Shown here: piece after piece, positions 38,783 through 51,031 of the stretch | Layout: each line of letters begins with the position of its first letter | Numbering within the stretch: position 1 is the first letter of the stretch | Assembly: GCA_002269645.1 (NCBI GenBank) | Contig: NIVC01000754.1 | Location: 124,001 to 188,000 of the forward strand | Direction of reading: 5' to 3' | DNA length: 64,000 nt | From: Macrostomum lignano | Taxonomy: Eukaryota | Made by a program: the position numbers and the translations under genes | The notes under the pieces: model-generated | Database searches by the model: none | Seen by the model: the letters and a program-made list of their open reading frames with translations, nothing else | Told to the model about the DNA's origin: nothing

Positions 38783-39065
38783 AAATCGAACCCTTGACCT
38801 TCAAGTTGTGAGTCTAATGCTCTAACCACTAGGCTAGAACTTAGTCTAACTGGAAAAACTTGTGTCCTTGAGCTTAACTCTGCATTGCTTCAGTTCACCC
38901 AGCTGTAAAATGGGTGCCAGCATTAGCTGGGGTAATTGAGGGTGTGCAGCGACCCCCCAGTCCTTGGACTGAACAGCCATATGAAGCCTTCATATGCACC
39001 GCGCAATAGCTGCGGCTGAGCTGTCGGTTGCCCATCTTTCCCAATCGGGGCAGGTGTAATCAATT
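38783..39065. mobile_element. tRNA-derived CORE-like SINE (head on minus 38783-38837, body on plus about 38860-39065)
   Basis: Minus-strand TAGCCTAGTGGTTAGAGC...GGTTCGATT gives A and B boxes. Plus-strand TGTGTCCTTGAGC...CAGTTCACCCAGCTGTAAAATGGG resembles the SINE CORE domain. Confidence 0.65.
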
Positions 39066-39201
39066 ATTGTTTTTTATTATTTCTACAAAGCAAATTATTT
39101 CAACTTCATACTTCTAACCTACTATTAAGTAGTACTTGTGCATATATATCTTCATATTTAAAAAATGTAAATCCAGTCAAGCTACAACTTGCTGCTACTG
39201 C

Positions 39202-42200
39202 ATGGCAATGTCTGGCACGCCGTTGCGCCAGCAAATGTCGTTTGCAGGCGGCGGCGCCACTGCGCCAGGCAGCGATCCGCGCGCTGGCGCCTCCGCCGAG
39301 GTGGCGGCATTTCGACGCAAATCGACTCAGCACGCTTCGTTGAAGCAGTTTCGCCAGGTGAAGGAGGAGATCAACCAGGTGTACGCGCAGATCTCAGCTT
39401 ACATTGACGAGTGTCTGGAGTTCTTCAACTCAGATTGCTCAGCTAACACACCGGGAGCAATCGGCGATGCAGCCTCGGCGAAGGTCGAGGAGGCCTGCTT
39501 CGCTCGGATCCTCACGCCCGCCGCTGTGCAGTCGGTGACGGATTTTCGGGCCAAAGTCAGAGGCATCCGGGAGGTGATCTCGCGCAATCAGATGAAGTGC
39601 GCCTTCTTTGGGCGCACGTCCAACGGGAAGAGCACCGTGATTAATGCTATGCTGGGCAGGAAGGTGCTGCCATCTGGGATCGGTCACACGACTAACTGCT
39701 TCCTGCAGGTGAGCATATTGGTGCGCTTTTGTCTCATCCCATCCCGTTACTGTCTCTTCAATCCCATCTCCCATTCTGTCTGATCCCACCCCCGATTCTG
39801 TCTGATCCCATCTCCCCTAATTCTGTCTGATCCCATCTCCCCTAATTTCGTCTGATCCCATCTCCCCAAATTCTGTCTGATCCCATCTCCCCTAATTCTG
39901 TCTGATCCCATCTCCCCTAATTTCGTCTGATCCCATCTCCCCAAATTCTGTCTGATCCCATCTCCCCTAATTCTGTCTGATCCCATCTCCCCAAATTCTG
40001 TCTGATCCCATCTCCTTAGTTACATCTGATCCCATCTCCCCAAATTCCGTCTGATCCCATCTCCCCTAATTCTATCTGATCTGGCATCTCCCCTAATTCT
40101 ATCTGATCCCATCTCCCCAAATTATGTTTGATCCCATCTCCTCAAATTCTGTCTGATCCCATCTCCCCAAATTCCATCTGATCCCATCTCCCCTGTTTTA
40201 TCTGATCCTATCTCCCCAAATTCTGTCTGATCCCATCTCCCCAAATTCTGTCTGATCCCATCTCCCCAATTCCGTCTGATCCCATCTCCCCTGTTTTATC
40301 TGATCCCATCCCATCTGATCCCATCTCCCCAAATTCTGTCTGATCCCATCTATCCAAATTCTGTCTGATCCCATCTCCCCAAATTCTGTCTGATCCCATC
40401 TATCCAAATTCTGTCTGATCCCATCTCCCCAAATTCTGTCTGATCCCATCTCCCCAATTCCGTCTGATCCCATCTCCCCAAATTCTGTCTGATCCCATCT
40501 CCCCAATTCCGTCTGATCCCATCTCCCCTAATTCTGTCTGATCCCATCTCCCCTAATTCTGTCTGATCCCATCTCGTCAAATTCTGTCTGATCCCATCTC
40601 CCCAATTCCGTCTGATCCCATCTCCCCAAATTCTGTCTGATCCCATCTCTCAGATTCCATCTCACCCGCTAACTCAACAACCCTGTCCCAGGTGGAGGGC
40701 ACCAGCAAGCAGTCGGCCTACCTACAGACGCCGAACAGCTCGGAGGAACAGCCCATCGAGTCGGTCAGCCAGTTGGGCAGCGCGCTGTCAAACGAGAAAA
40801 TGGACTGCGAGTCCTTGGTTCGAGTCTTTTGGCCCAAGCAGCTCTGCAGCCTGCTCAGAGAGGATGTGGTGCTGCTCGACTCGCCCGGAGTTGACGTCTC
40901 TCCCGACCTGGACACGTGGATCGACCAGTTCTGCATGGACGCCGACGTGTTCATCCTGGTGTGCAACTCCGAGTCCACCCTGATGAACACTGAGAAGAAG
41001 TTCTTTCACAAAGTTGGCAGCAAGCTGAGCAAGCCGAATGTATTTGTGCTCAACAATCGGTGGGATTGCTCAGATGGCGAGCTGGACTCAGCCGAGCTGG
41101 TACGCAAGCAGCACATGGATAAGAGTGTGAGCTTTCTGGCTGACGAGCTGAAGTCCTGCACCAGGTGACTAGCTTTTTATATTGTTTTAATATTCGAATT
41201 GCCTACTGACTTAGTAGTGTAGTAGAATAAATAGCTAATTTCTTAATGATTCACCACTAATTGTTCCTCAGATCTGAAGCCGAATCTCGAGTTTACTTTG
41301 TATCGGCCAAGGAGGCCCTCGTGAATAGGCTCAAGGAGACTAACCAGGGCTTGGAGTCTCCTTCACCAGGTAAAATTTACTAATGCCTATACATGTTAAT
41401 GGTGATAGTGCCTCTTTTATAATGTGCTCATACTACTCATGCCACTCAAAATTAGTGCTCATACTGCTCAAAATTAGTGCTCAGCCTACTCAAAATTATG
41501 CTCATACTACTCATAATCAGTGGTCATGCTACTCAATCAGTGCTTATATGCTCATACTACTCATAATCAGTGCTCATACTACTCATAATCAGTGCTCATA
41601 CTACTCATAATCAGTGCTCATACTACTCATGCCACTCATAATCGGAGCTCATTACTAATTACTGTACCACTCACTCTTCAGCCGGCTCCCTCGCGGACGG
41701 TTGGCAGTCTCGCTATTTTGATTTCAAAAATTTCGAACGCGAGTTCGAGCTTATCCTGTCCGAATCGGCCATTCGAACCAAATTCGCCGCACACGCCGAG
41801 CAGGGCCGGCATATCGCCGGCCAGATGTTCTCCATCTTGGAGGCCGTGTACGAGGGCTCGGTCGAGGAGAAGGACTCGGCAGTGCGGCAGAGGCAGGCAC
41901 TGCAGAGGGACTTGGAGAATCTCCGAGTTCGGAATGCCAAGGTATTCAATTTCGTTTATTGAGTTCTTCACTCAGTTTCCTTCATCCAGTGCCTGCATCC
42001 ATTTATGCAGTGTCTGTATCCCTTCATCCAGTGTCTGTATCCCTTCATCCAGTGTCTATATCCCTTCATCCAGTGTCTATATCCCTTCATCCAGTGTCTA
42101 TATCCCTTCATCCAGTGTCTAAATCCCTTCATCCAGTGTATATCCCTTCATCCAGTGTCTATATCCCTTCATCCAGTGTCTAAATCCCTTCATCCAGTGT

Positions 42201-44952
42201 CTGTATCCCTTCATCCAGTGTCTATATCCCTTCATCCAGTGCCTACATCCTTTTATCCAGCATCTCACATCCCTTCATCCAGTGTCTGTATTCCTTTATC
42301 CACTGTCTGTATATCTTTATCCAGTATCTGTATTCCTTTATTCAGTGTCTATTCCTTTATCCAGTGTCTGTATCCCTTCATCCAGTGCCTGCATCCCTTC
42401 ATCCAGTGCCTGCATCCCTTCATCCAGTGCCTGCATCCCTTTATCCGTGCCTGTATCCCTCGATCCAGTGTCTGTATGTGTCTGTATTCCTTTAATCAGT
42501 GTCTATTCCTTTATGCAGTGTCTGTATTCCTTCATCCAGTGTCTGTATTCCTTCATCCAGTGTCTGTATTCCTTCATCCAGCATTTCATATCCCTTCATC
42601 CAGTGTCTCTGTATTCCTTCATCCAGCATCTTACACTCCTTTATCCAGCATCTCACTTCCCTTCATCCAGCATCTTACACCCCTTTATCCAGCATCTCGC
42701 ATCCCTTTATCCAGCATCACGCCGCAATCTCCCCACGCATCCGCAGGTCGCGGCCAGCACCGAGCGGGACATCCGCCAGACGCTGGAGGGCATCGAGCGC
42801 AAGGTGGCCGGCACCCTGTCTGAAGAGATCCGCCGCCTAGTGGAAATTGTGGACGACTTTGACCGGCCGTTCCACCCGGACAGCATGTCACTGGTCGTCT
42901 ACAAAAAGGAGCTAAACGAGCACGTGGAGCGAACGCTGGGCCTGCGATTAACAGAGAACTGCGCCAGACAGCTGGCCAAGGAGGTTCGGCGAGGCCTGAC
43001 AGCGATGCAGGACCGGTACACGGCTCTGGTGGGGCAGGAGACACGGCAGAGAATGCAGGCACATGTGCAGCCCGGCCTGGCCCATTGGGAACCGGCGTTT
43101 CACATCGATTGCCGGAATATCTGCGCCGATTTTCGCGAAGATATCGAATTTCGATTTTCGCTTAGTCCTACCGCTCTGCTGGCTAGGCTTCAGGTTGGTT
43201 GCTAGGGGGAAGGTGTTGCTATGAGAACAGGGATAGTTTGTAAGATGTCTCACAATGCATTCCCGTTATAAAAAACGTTGCCGTAACACGAATCGCTAGA
43301 GTCATTACATTCCTAACAATGCACTACTAGTGACTCAAGCAACTATGGGGCGACTCCTGTGACTTTTTAACGACTGAATGCTACAAGGTACATGGTACAA
43401 GCCGTCAAAAAGTCGTCAAAGAATCGCCCACGAATCACTTTGAAGCTTTCTTTATTGCCTGCGACTCTGAAACGACAGTTCTTGGACGACTCTATCGCGA
43501 CTCTGTTACGGTTCTGCAACTGACGTGACGCGCTTGTGACGCAACAGTCGCCTCTCCGTCATGAGCGCATCACATGAGCTGCGCAATCGTAAACAGTCAT
43601 GACAAAGTCGTCCAAAAGTTGTTATAAATGCGAAATGCGACTCTTTTTCATAAAGTGATGCAGATGCGCTTGAGCGCAACTCTGTGAATCTACAGCGACT
43701 CCGGCACGCCTCGGATAGGACTCTACGGCCAGAGAAGAGCCACTTGCATCGCCCCAGAGTCGTTTCAGAGTCGCAGACAATAAAACGAATCAAATTGAAT
43801 CTTGAAGCGACTCTTTGACGACGTTTACCGTGACATCTTGTTCGTTTTTAGTCCTCTAGAGTCACTTTTATTTAGTGACTATAGTTCCTATTTAACCTGA
43901 GTCAGGGGCGTCGCCAAATCGCCATTGATTTTATGATGTGAGGGACAGAGCCAAGAATTCAACATGTACATGTTCATGACTAAATTCCTACATGTTCATT
44001 ATATTGAGAATCGGTGTTGTCAGCGCTCATTTTAGCGCCAAAGGCGCTATATTTTGCGCCCTGAAGAAAAATTATTGATTACCACAACGGATCTGAAGGT
44101 GGAGAAGTGGTGAGCAAAGCATTGACATGTCCCCCTCATAGATTTTACTGCGGAGGGACATGTCCCCCCCCCCCTGTCTTGCAACGACTCTGGGATGCTT
44201 CTTAGCTTGGATATCGTTTTTATCGGGACAAAAAATTACCCAATTCGAAATTTTTATTCTAGCTCTCCATCTAACCCAACCCCCACCCGCAGGGCCGCAA
44301 GCCGCACGAATCGCAGCAGGTGGTTCTACAGGCCTCCGCGGCCACCCCTCGAACTCCGTCGAACACTTCGAACGCTCTGGCCTCGGCCGCAGCCTCCAGC
44401 ATTCAGCAGCATTATCATCATCAACAGCAGCAGCAGCAGCTTCATCAAGCGGCGCCTCTAGCTGCCCAGTTTCCCCTGCTCCTGGCCGCTTTCCCGTCGT
44501 TGATGTCTCGAAACACCCTCGGCGCCGTGGCAGTCGTTGGCGTCGTGTTCAAAGCCACAGGCTGGCGGGTGCTGGCAGTCTGCGGCGCGGTTTACGGAGG
44601 CCTGTACCTGTACGAGCGGCTGACATGGACCGGCCGGGCCAGGGAGCGCCTGTTCAAGCGGCAGTATGTGGACTATGCCACGGCTAAGCTCCGGCTTATT
44701 GTCGATTTGACTTCGTCTAACGCTTCGCATCAGGTTCGCCAAGAGCTGGTCATGTGCCAGAAGAAACTGCTGCATGAGGTCGAATCTGAGGAGGCTTCGA
44801 AAATGTCCGAAGCGGAGAGGCTGGAACGCCTCATCCGCAGGCTAGAGGAGGTCTGCTCAACCGCTAAGCGGCTGAAAAATCAGGCAGCCTTTTTGGACAA
44901 AACTTTGGCTAATTTTCATCAGACCCACATACTGCAGGACCGGCAGGAATAA
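39202..44952 (+). CDS. MFN: Mitofusin (6 exons: 39202-39708, 40692-41164, 41272-41369, 41682-41941, 42747-43193, 44293-44952; about 814 aa)
   Basis: GTPase motifs GRTSNGKST, LPSGIGHTTNCF, DSPGVD, NNRWD. VYFVSAKE, DCRNICADFREDIEFRFSL, TM region GVVFKATGW...YLYERLTWT, C-terminal heptad repeat. All introns are GT-AG and phases are consistent. Confidence 0.95.
39770..40655. repeat. 24-25-nt minisatellite (TCTGATCCCATCTCCCCAAATTCTG) filling mitofusin intron 1
   Basis: Directly visible tandem array. Confidence 0.95.
41420..41645. repeat. About 22-nt minisatellite (CTCATACTACTCATAATCAGTG) in intron 3
   Basis: Directly visible. Confidence 0.85.
41975..42715. repeat. 21-nt minisatellite (TCCCTTCATCCAGTGTCTATA) in intron 4
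   Basis: Directly visible, degenerating at the 3' end. Confidence 0.93.
43290..43880. mobile_element. Degenerate foldback/MITE-like element in mitofusin intron 5
   Basis: Nested inverted matches: 43410-43427 with 43807-43825, and a perfect 16-mer 43461-43476 with 43759-43774. Many GCGACTC/GAGTCGC motifs. Confidence 0.55.
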
Positions 44953-45124
44953 CTGCTCTCTTTTATAGTTGGGTGACTTGCTGCACTTTTTATTTGGCTG
45001 GCGACCCCGCAAATATACTGACTGGGGCATGGAAAATTGATTTTTTAAACTAGGTCATAAAGACACTCCTGGTTCGTCTCTTGCAACCCCATGGTGCCAT
45101 TTTGGTGCAAAGTCTATTAAAAAG

Positions 45125-45765
45125 TGACGCTACATCTATAACCCTAGTGGCGCTACATCTATAAACCTAGTGGCGCTACATCTATAACCCTAGTGGCGCT
45201 ACATCTATAACCCTAGTGGCGCTACATCTATAACCCTAGTGGCGCTACATCTATAACCCTAGTGGCGCTACATCTATAACCCTAGTGGCGCTACATCTAT
45301 AACCCTAGTGACGCTACATCTATAACCATAGTGGCGCTTCATCTATAACCCTAGTGGCGCTACATCTATAACCATAGTGGCGCTACATCTATAACCCTAG
45401 TGGCGCTACATCTATAACCATAGTGGCGCTTCATCTATAACCCTAGTGGCGCTACATCTATAACCCTAGTGACGCTACATCTATAACCCTAGTGGCGCTA
45501 CATCTATAACCCTAGTGGCGCTACATCTATAACCCTAGTGGCGCTACATCTATAACCCTAGTGGCGCTACATCTATAACCCTAGTGACGCTACATCTATA
45601 ACCATAGTGGCGCTTCATCTATAACCCTAGTGACGCTACATCTATAACCCTAGTGACGCTACATCTATAACCCTAGTGGCGCTACATCTATAACCCTAGT
45701 GGCGCTACATCTATAACCCTAGTGGCGCTACATCTATAACCCTAGTGGCGCTACATCTATAACCT
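45125..45765. repeat. 23-nt minisatellite (TCTATAACCCTAGTGGCGCTACA)
   Basis: Homogeneous tandem array between the mitofusin and coactosin stop codons. Confidence 0.95.
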
Positions 45766-46554
45766 TAATGATTCTGTGAAGACAACCTGACTATGTAATG
45801 GAACATCATGTAGCTTTAGGAATAAATGCCGACAATAGGTAGTCTCATTTTCATGCAGTCTTCTAATCTAAAACTGGTACTCTTAAGTATCCTTAGATTT
45901 AGCATCAGTATGGTACTCGCGCGCGGTTTTTATTTGTTTTCTTAGTTAGTAAATTATCACCTGTAGCTGTTTATCCAGATTTGGGGAACTTTTAAATCCT
46001 ACTTCCTCTAACACCTCAATCGTAGTTGAATACATTGTTTGTGCTTTGAATTGCCATCCTCGCAATCATTTATTACCTAAGCTTATTGACTTCATCCAAT
46101 TGTTAAGTTTTGTTATTGAATATTTTTTACCATCTTATTGTTACCTTGGCTTATGTAGTATTTGACAGTGTCAGCTTAATAAATACCGATCCGTTGAAAT
46201 AAAATATTCATTTGACCAGCCTATTTTCTGTTGAAATATAAATGAAGAAACATTTTTTGGATACAAAACCAAAATTTGAGCAACCGTTAGAGTACCTCTA
46301 GTGTCATTCATTTATTTGTTTTTATTTTTAGAGTTGATTCTTCTAAATTTATTAATATTTATATAGTGTTTAATAAGTAGGATTTGCTTTGTGTAGATTT
46401 TAGATACTGAGATACTAATTATTGTCAACCTATATACTCGTAAGCCTACATAAGTACTACGAAAATTAGTTATTAAAGCGCACCATTTCAGATATGAATA
46501 ACAGTCTTTGTCCTAATAATCATGAATAATTATTATTTATGAATGTCGCAGAAC

Positions 46555-49500
46555 TCAACGCTCTCCGGTGCCATAGTTGGCTCCACCAGCCTTCACCAGC
46601 AGTTCCTTGATGTACTCCTCGGTGAAGTTCTCGGCGTTCTCTTCGCCGAACAAGCATTCGACTGCGAAGCTCTAGAAGGACAGAAAGGAAGGTTATTCTG
46701 ATCTTTGAATGGTACAAGCGTCAGTCGTGCCTTGGCTTGTGTTCTCGATGTCTGCTTCTCCCTGGAAAAACTCTTAAAAAATCAAAAAGTGATGCAAGGG
46801 CTGCGGCCATCTTGGCGCTGGAGGGTTGTTTTGCTTATTTTAACTTCTGCTAAAGCTAATGTAGAAGACGAAGGCAAAAAGCCTTGGAGGTTACGATCGT
46901 TCTTCCAGTGAGTTATGGATTAGAATTTATTCGGTGTTATCGATGTTTTATTATTTCCTCTGTGCAGACAACTATGGGCCGAGAATTCATCATCTCTTAC
47001 CTTGATGATCTCTTTAACCATGGTCTTCTCGGCGCCAGTTTTGGCTCGCTTCAACGGCGACACGCCGGTGCCAATCCAGGTGATGAAGACGAACTTGGCC
47101 CGCTTGCTCAGCTCGTCGCCAGTGTACTGCCGCAGGAATCCGTAGGTGCGCTCGTTGTCTGCAGGAGTTTTTTGTGACTTTTAATTAATGCTTCTTTGAT
47201 GGGTCAGTGGTCTACTGGTCTTATTTATTACCCTAGTGGCGCCGCATCTATTACCCTAGTGGCGCCAAATCTATTGCCCTGATGGCGCCACATCTATTAC
47301 CCTAGTGGCGCTACATCTACTACCCTAATGGCGTCACATCTATTACCCTAGTGGCGCTACATCTACTACCCTAATGGCGTCACATCTATTACCCTAGTGG
47401 CGCTACATCTATTACCCTAGTGGCGCTACATCTACTACCCTAATGGCGTCACATCTATTACCCTAATGGCGCTACATCTATTACCCTAATGGCGCTACAT
47501 CTACTACCCTAATGGCGCTACATCTATTACCCTAGTGGCGCTACATCTACTACCCTAATGGCGTCACATCTATTACCCTAGTGGCGCTACATCTATTACC
47601 CTAGTGGCGCTACATCTACTACCCTAATGGCGTCACATCTATTACCCTAGTGGCGCTACATCTATTACCCTAGTGGCGCTACATCTACTACCCTAATGGC
47701 GTCACATCTATTACCCTAGTGGTGCCACATCTATTACCCTAGTGGCGCCACATCTATTACACCGCTTGAAGTAGAACACAACAAAATTAGTTTCCACTTT
47801 AGACTAGGCTCTCAGGTACATGCTTGACTATTCTATTCTAAACAATTATTTCTAATGACAGTGTGAAAACCTGACAATTAAATAGAATATCAAATAGCGT
47901 TGGGAATAATGCCGACAATGGGAAGTTTCATTCTCATGCAGTTTCTAATCTAAAACTCGCGTACTTTTCGGTGTCCTTAGTTCTAGCATCATTATGGTAC
48001 TCGGTCTGTGATGGCGGGGACTCGTACCAAAATTGGATAATTACACTGACGCTTACCAACAAACTGACTGCGAAACTCGGCAAATTCGGCACCCTTTGCT
48101 GCTAGCTCGATATCTCCTTCTTCGTTGTACTTCAGAACTAGCCTGAAATGTTGGCGGTATGTTCGTTTTAGAAGTTCAAATTTTTAAACTTCCTCTCGAC
48201 TGGCCGTCTTGGTTAGGCTCTCCCCCATTGGCGACGGGACCGACACATATCACAACTCCGAAAGCAATTCCCATCACAAACCCGAAATATCATAACTCCA
48301 AAAACTAAGCACATTGCTAGCACTTTCAGAATTATGATTTTGTCGGTTTTATGATGGTGAGCCCGTCTTGGCGACCATAGCTTTTGAGTTACGAGTTGCG
48401 GAATCACCATAGAGTCACTTATGATGTCTCTTAACTCTCATCTTATGAAATATTTTTATCCAGAGTTTTATGAACCGTACCTGTAGAACTTTACAGTAAA
48501 AAATCTAAAGAATAATCGAATTTAAAAGTATTATAAATGCACACGAATCTTGTCGTAGTTTACTTCACTTTCACAGCGGAAAAAAAAACAGATTTTTTAA
48601 TTATTAACCAAGGAAAACTAGAGATCTGCTCGATGCTCCAAGGTGAAAAAAATTGGTAGTAAACGAAATGGTGTTGGCTTTATGCAGTGCCTTTGCTAAA
48701 CTTCACTTCTTGGTGCTCATCCTTTGATAGGAGTTCTGCGTACTTTGTCGGGCCTTCATGGCCGTGCTGAAGCGGGATGCGTTGGCGCTCAACAAGCTTT
48801 GGCAGAGAATCTTCGACGCTTTGATTTCTTGCTGGAGGAACCGGCTGCAGGAGTTAAATTGAGGCAAGATGCAGTTTCAGAAAAAAAACGTTCTTACAGA
48901 CGTTCTGGGAGAGACTAACTGATAATACAAGCCTCCCTGTGTATTAATACATGTATACCCAGCAACATCGAAAAATCGCCATCACAGAAGATTCCGTTTG
49001 TGGTCGCCACTTTTGAGAGTGCAGGTAAAGTCTCTCAATCTTTGCGAGTGACACAACTCAGCTACGCCGTGGCAGACTTGAGTTGAGGAATGGAGTGGGA
49101 GGGGATTGGTGTGCGAGGGTTGGACGGATTAAAGCTACCCCGATCGATCAGTTTTCTCGTATATTTTACTTCAGAATATTCCAGGAGAAATTTCTCACTG
49201 GCGCATAGATTGGCGACTTTTCAATGTTGCTAAGTATAGGTGTCAACGGCATCCTGACTTGGACTATATTGAGGGGCTAATATTAGCGGTTGCAGCGCCA
49301 CAAAACACTGGGAGGTTTATTGTACTCACTACTTGTAGATGCAGAGCGCCTCTCTGAGCGTGTAGCTGTAGTCGTAGTCCCTGGGCAGTATGACACCTCG
49401 CTCCCGATGCACTCGCTTGACGGCTTCGAGGTACCCGGGCAGTTTCATCATCATCTCTCGCTTCGCTTGCCTAACAGAGACCTTCTTCGAATTCTCATTG

Positions 49501-51031
49501 TTTTGAGTAGCCGTTGATGGGGATGCCATATTTCTCTGGTGTGTGACTTTTATGCTCTTTTGTTTGTTAGTTTGAACTCCAGCGTTCGTCAGTGAGAGCC
49601 AATTTACAACGCGTTACATTTATATAGCTAACTAATCATAAATTAGCTGTTTTTGTTGGGCAGGGCTACCCTTATATGTCTATGTGCTTTCATAACTACC
49701 AGTTGTAGCTATGTTGTTTCTGTCTAATTAGGAATACCGTCATAAAGTGCTAAAATTATACACTTTGGGGAGAGCATTGAATTTCAGACATCGAGCAGTT
49801 AAATTCAGACTTTAAACTCAGAAACAATAGACAAAAAGTGTGTATTTTGTGACGCTTTTGTCGGACCCTCCAGCTCCATTTGCACGTCGGGCATGCCTTG
49901 TCCTGAGTTTTACGGCTTTCTGTGTCGTGAATTCAATGCCTTGTCTGTGCCTGGGCCATAGACCTGAGACGGTGTTTTGACCATAGACAAAAGTAGAAGC
50001 ATATGGTTGAATAATAATTGGCAGTGTCTTCAAACTCTTTTATTGAATGTATCAATACATTGATGCACACAGATCAAGGAGAAACAATTCCAATAGGCGC
50101 CCTCTGAATTGGAAATTAATGCCTTTCAAAAATGAATGTTAATATTTTACCATGACCTTTGTGCCCGCTAGGCACTTATTCTTGCCTTTTAAAGCCATAG
50201 ACTACATTTAGGCCCGCTTGCAGGAAAGAAATATCGAAATTAGCGGGCAGTTAATAACATTTAAACCACTTTAAAACTCACTTTCAGGGAGGTTATTGAC
50301 ATAGATTTTATTTTGCGGGATTTAATCGATCACTCTCCCGGACATACTGCAATGATTATTGTATGTATCTAAATAAGCGAGCTTCTCTCTTCTCTTCCTT
50401 CGTGACTCGAGAAATTTCTTAACTTATACTTAATGCCCGATTATTCTGTCCCACTTTGTCAAGGACACAAATGTCTATGGCACAATGAACTACTGTTAGG
50501 CCTGTTGCGTGGGGGGGGGGTTGGGCGTGCGCTTTTACTCCGCGTATCATTTGTGATTTTAACTATGTGCGTGTGCTCATTGTCCATTGCTCACGCTCTT
50601 TGCACGTCTCAGCTCTATTGTGATTGTAATGTACACTGCTGGTGTTTTAGCCCTTGCGTTGGGAAGGCTGCTATTGAACCTCGCTTATAATAAATCGTCT
50701 CAATGTGTTTGTCAGTGCACTTGGCACTTTTGTCTCGCCTCACATACTCTCTGCTCTTGACTTGCTCCTTTTAACAAATGCTGTTACATCAAGATGATTC
50801 AATATCTATGAATTATATATTATAACATTAGGGACGATATTAGATATTAGAAAGATCGTAATGAGAAGAAAGTATGGTACAGGTAGGTGGCACAATGTAT
50901 CAGCGTTAAAACAAAAAACTTTGGCACTTTTGTTTGGCATTATAACCGCCGACTCACCAATGCGTGTCAGTTTTGTCGTCTCTCACATCCTCGTAGGCGG
51001 CCAATATTTCGTCTTTGTCGATTTTCACCAT
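46555..51031 (-). CDS. COTL1: Coactosin-like ADF-H actin-binding protein (4 exons: 51031-50958, 48142-48057, 47158-47001, 46671-46555; 144 aa)
   Basis: Spliced product MVKIDKDEILAAYEDVRDDKTDTHWLVLKY...TGDELSKRAKFVFITWIG...KRAKTG...LVKAGGANYGTGER carries the coactosin signatures. All introns are GT-AG and in frame. Confidence 0.93.
47225..47765. repeat. Second 23-nt array (TCTATTACCCTAGTGGCGCTACA) in coactosin intron 2
   Basis: Same unit family as 45125-45765. Downstream flanks are homologous (about 45770-45920 with about 47850-48000). Confidence 0.92.
48703..49529 (-). CDS. Candidate small basic orphan protein nested in coactosin intron 1 (2 exons: 49529-49330, 48844-48703; 113 aa)
   Basis: A strong TA|GTGAGT donor removes the ORF stop. 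The CTGCAG| acceptor restores frame: ...ALCIYKYRFLQQEIKASKILCQSLL...QRMSTKK*. Composition is coding-like within an AT-richer intron. Confidence 0.6.

Noticed and set aside
38783-38837. tRNA gene on the minus strand
   Set aside because: A and B boxes are present but there is no complete acceptor stem; better explained as a SINE head.
39747-42823. Repetitive ORFs (MGSDRI..., IQCLYPF...)
   Set aside because: They are intronic minisatellites of mitofusin. Only the 3' part of ORF 42282-43205 is a real exon.
43903-44192. Possible hAT MITE at the end of mitofusin intron 5
   Set aside because: The termini match only weakly and no TSD was found.
45125-47765. CRISPR-like or CTCF-like reading of the 23-nt arrays
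   Set aside because: Units are head-to-tail with no unique spacers and there are no cas genes. The CCCTAGTGGCG resemblance to CTCF sites is partial and untestable here.
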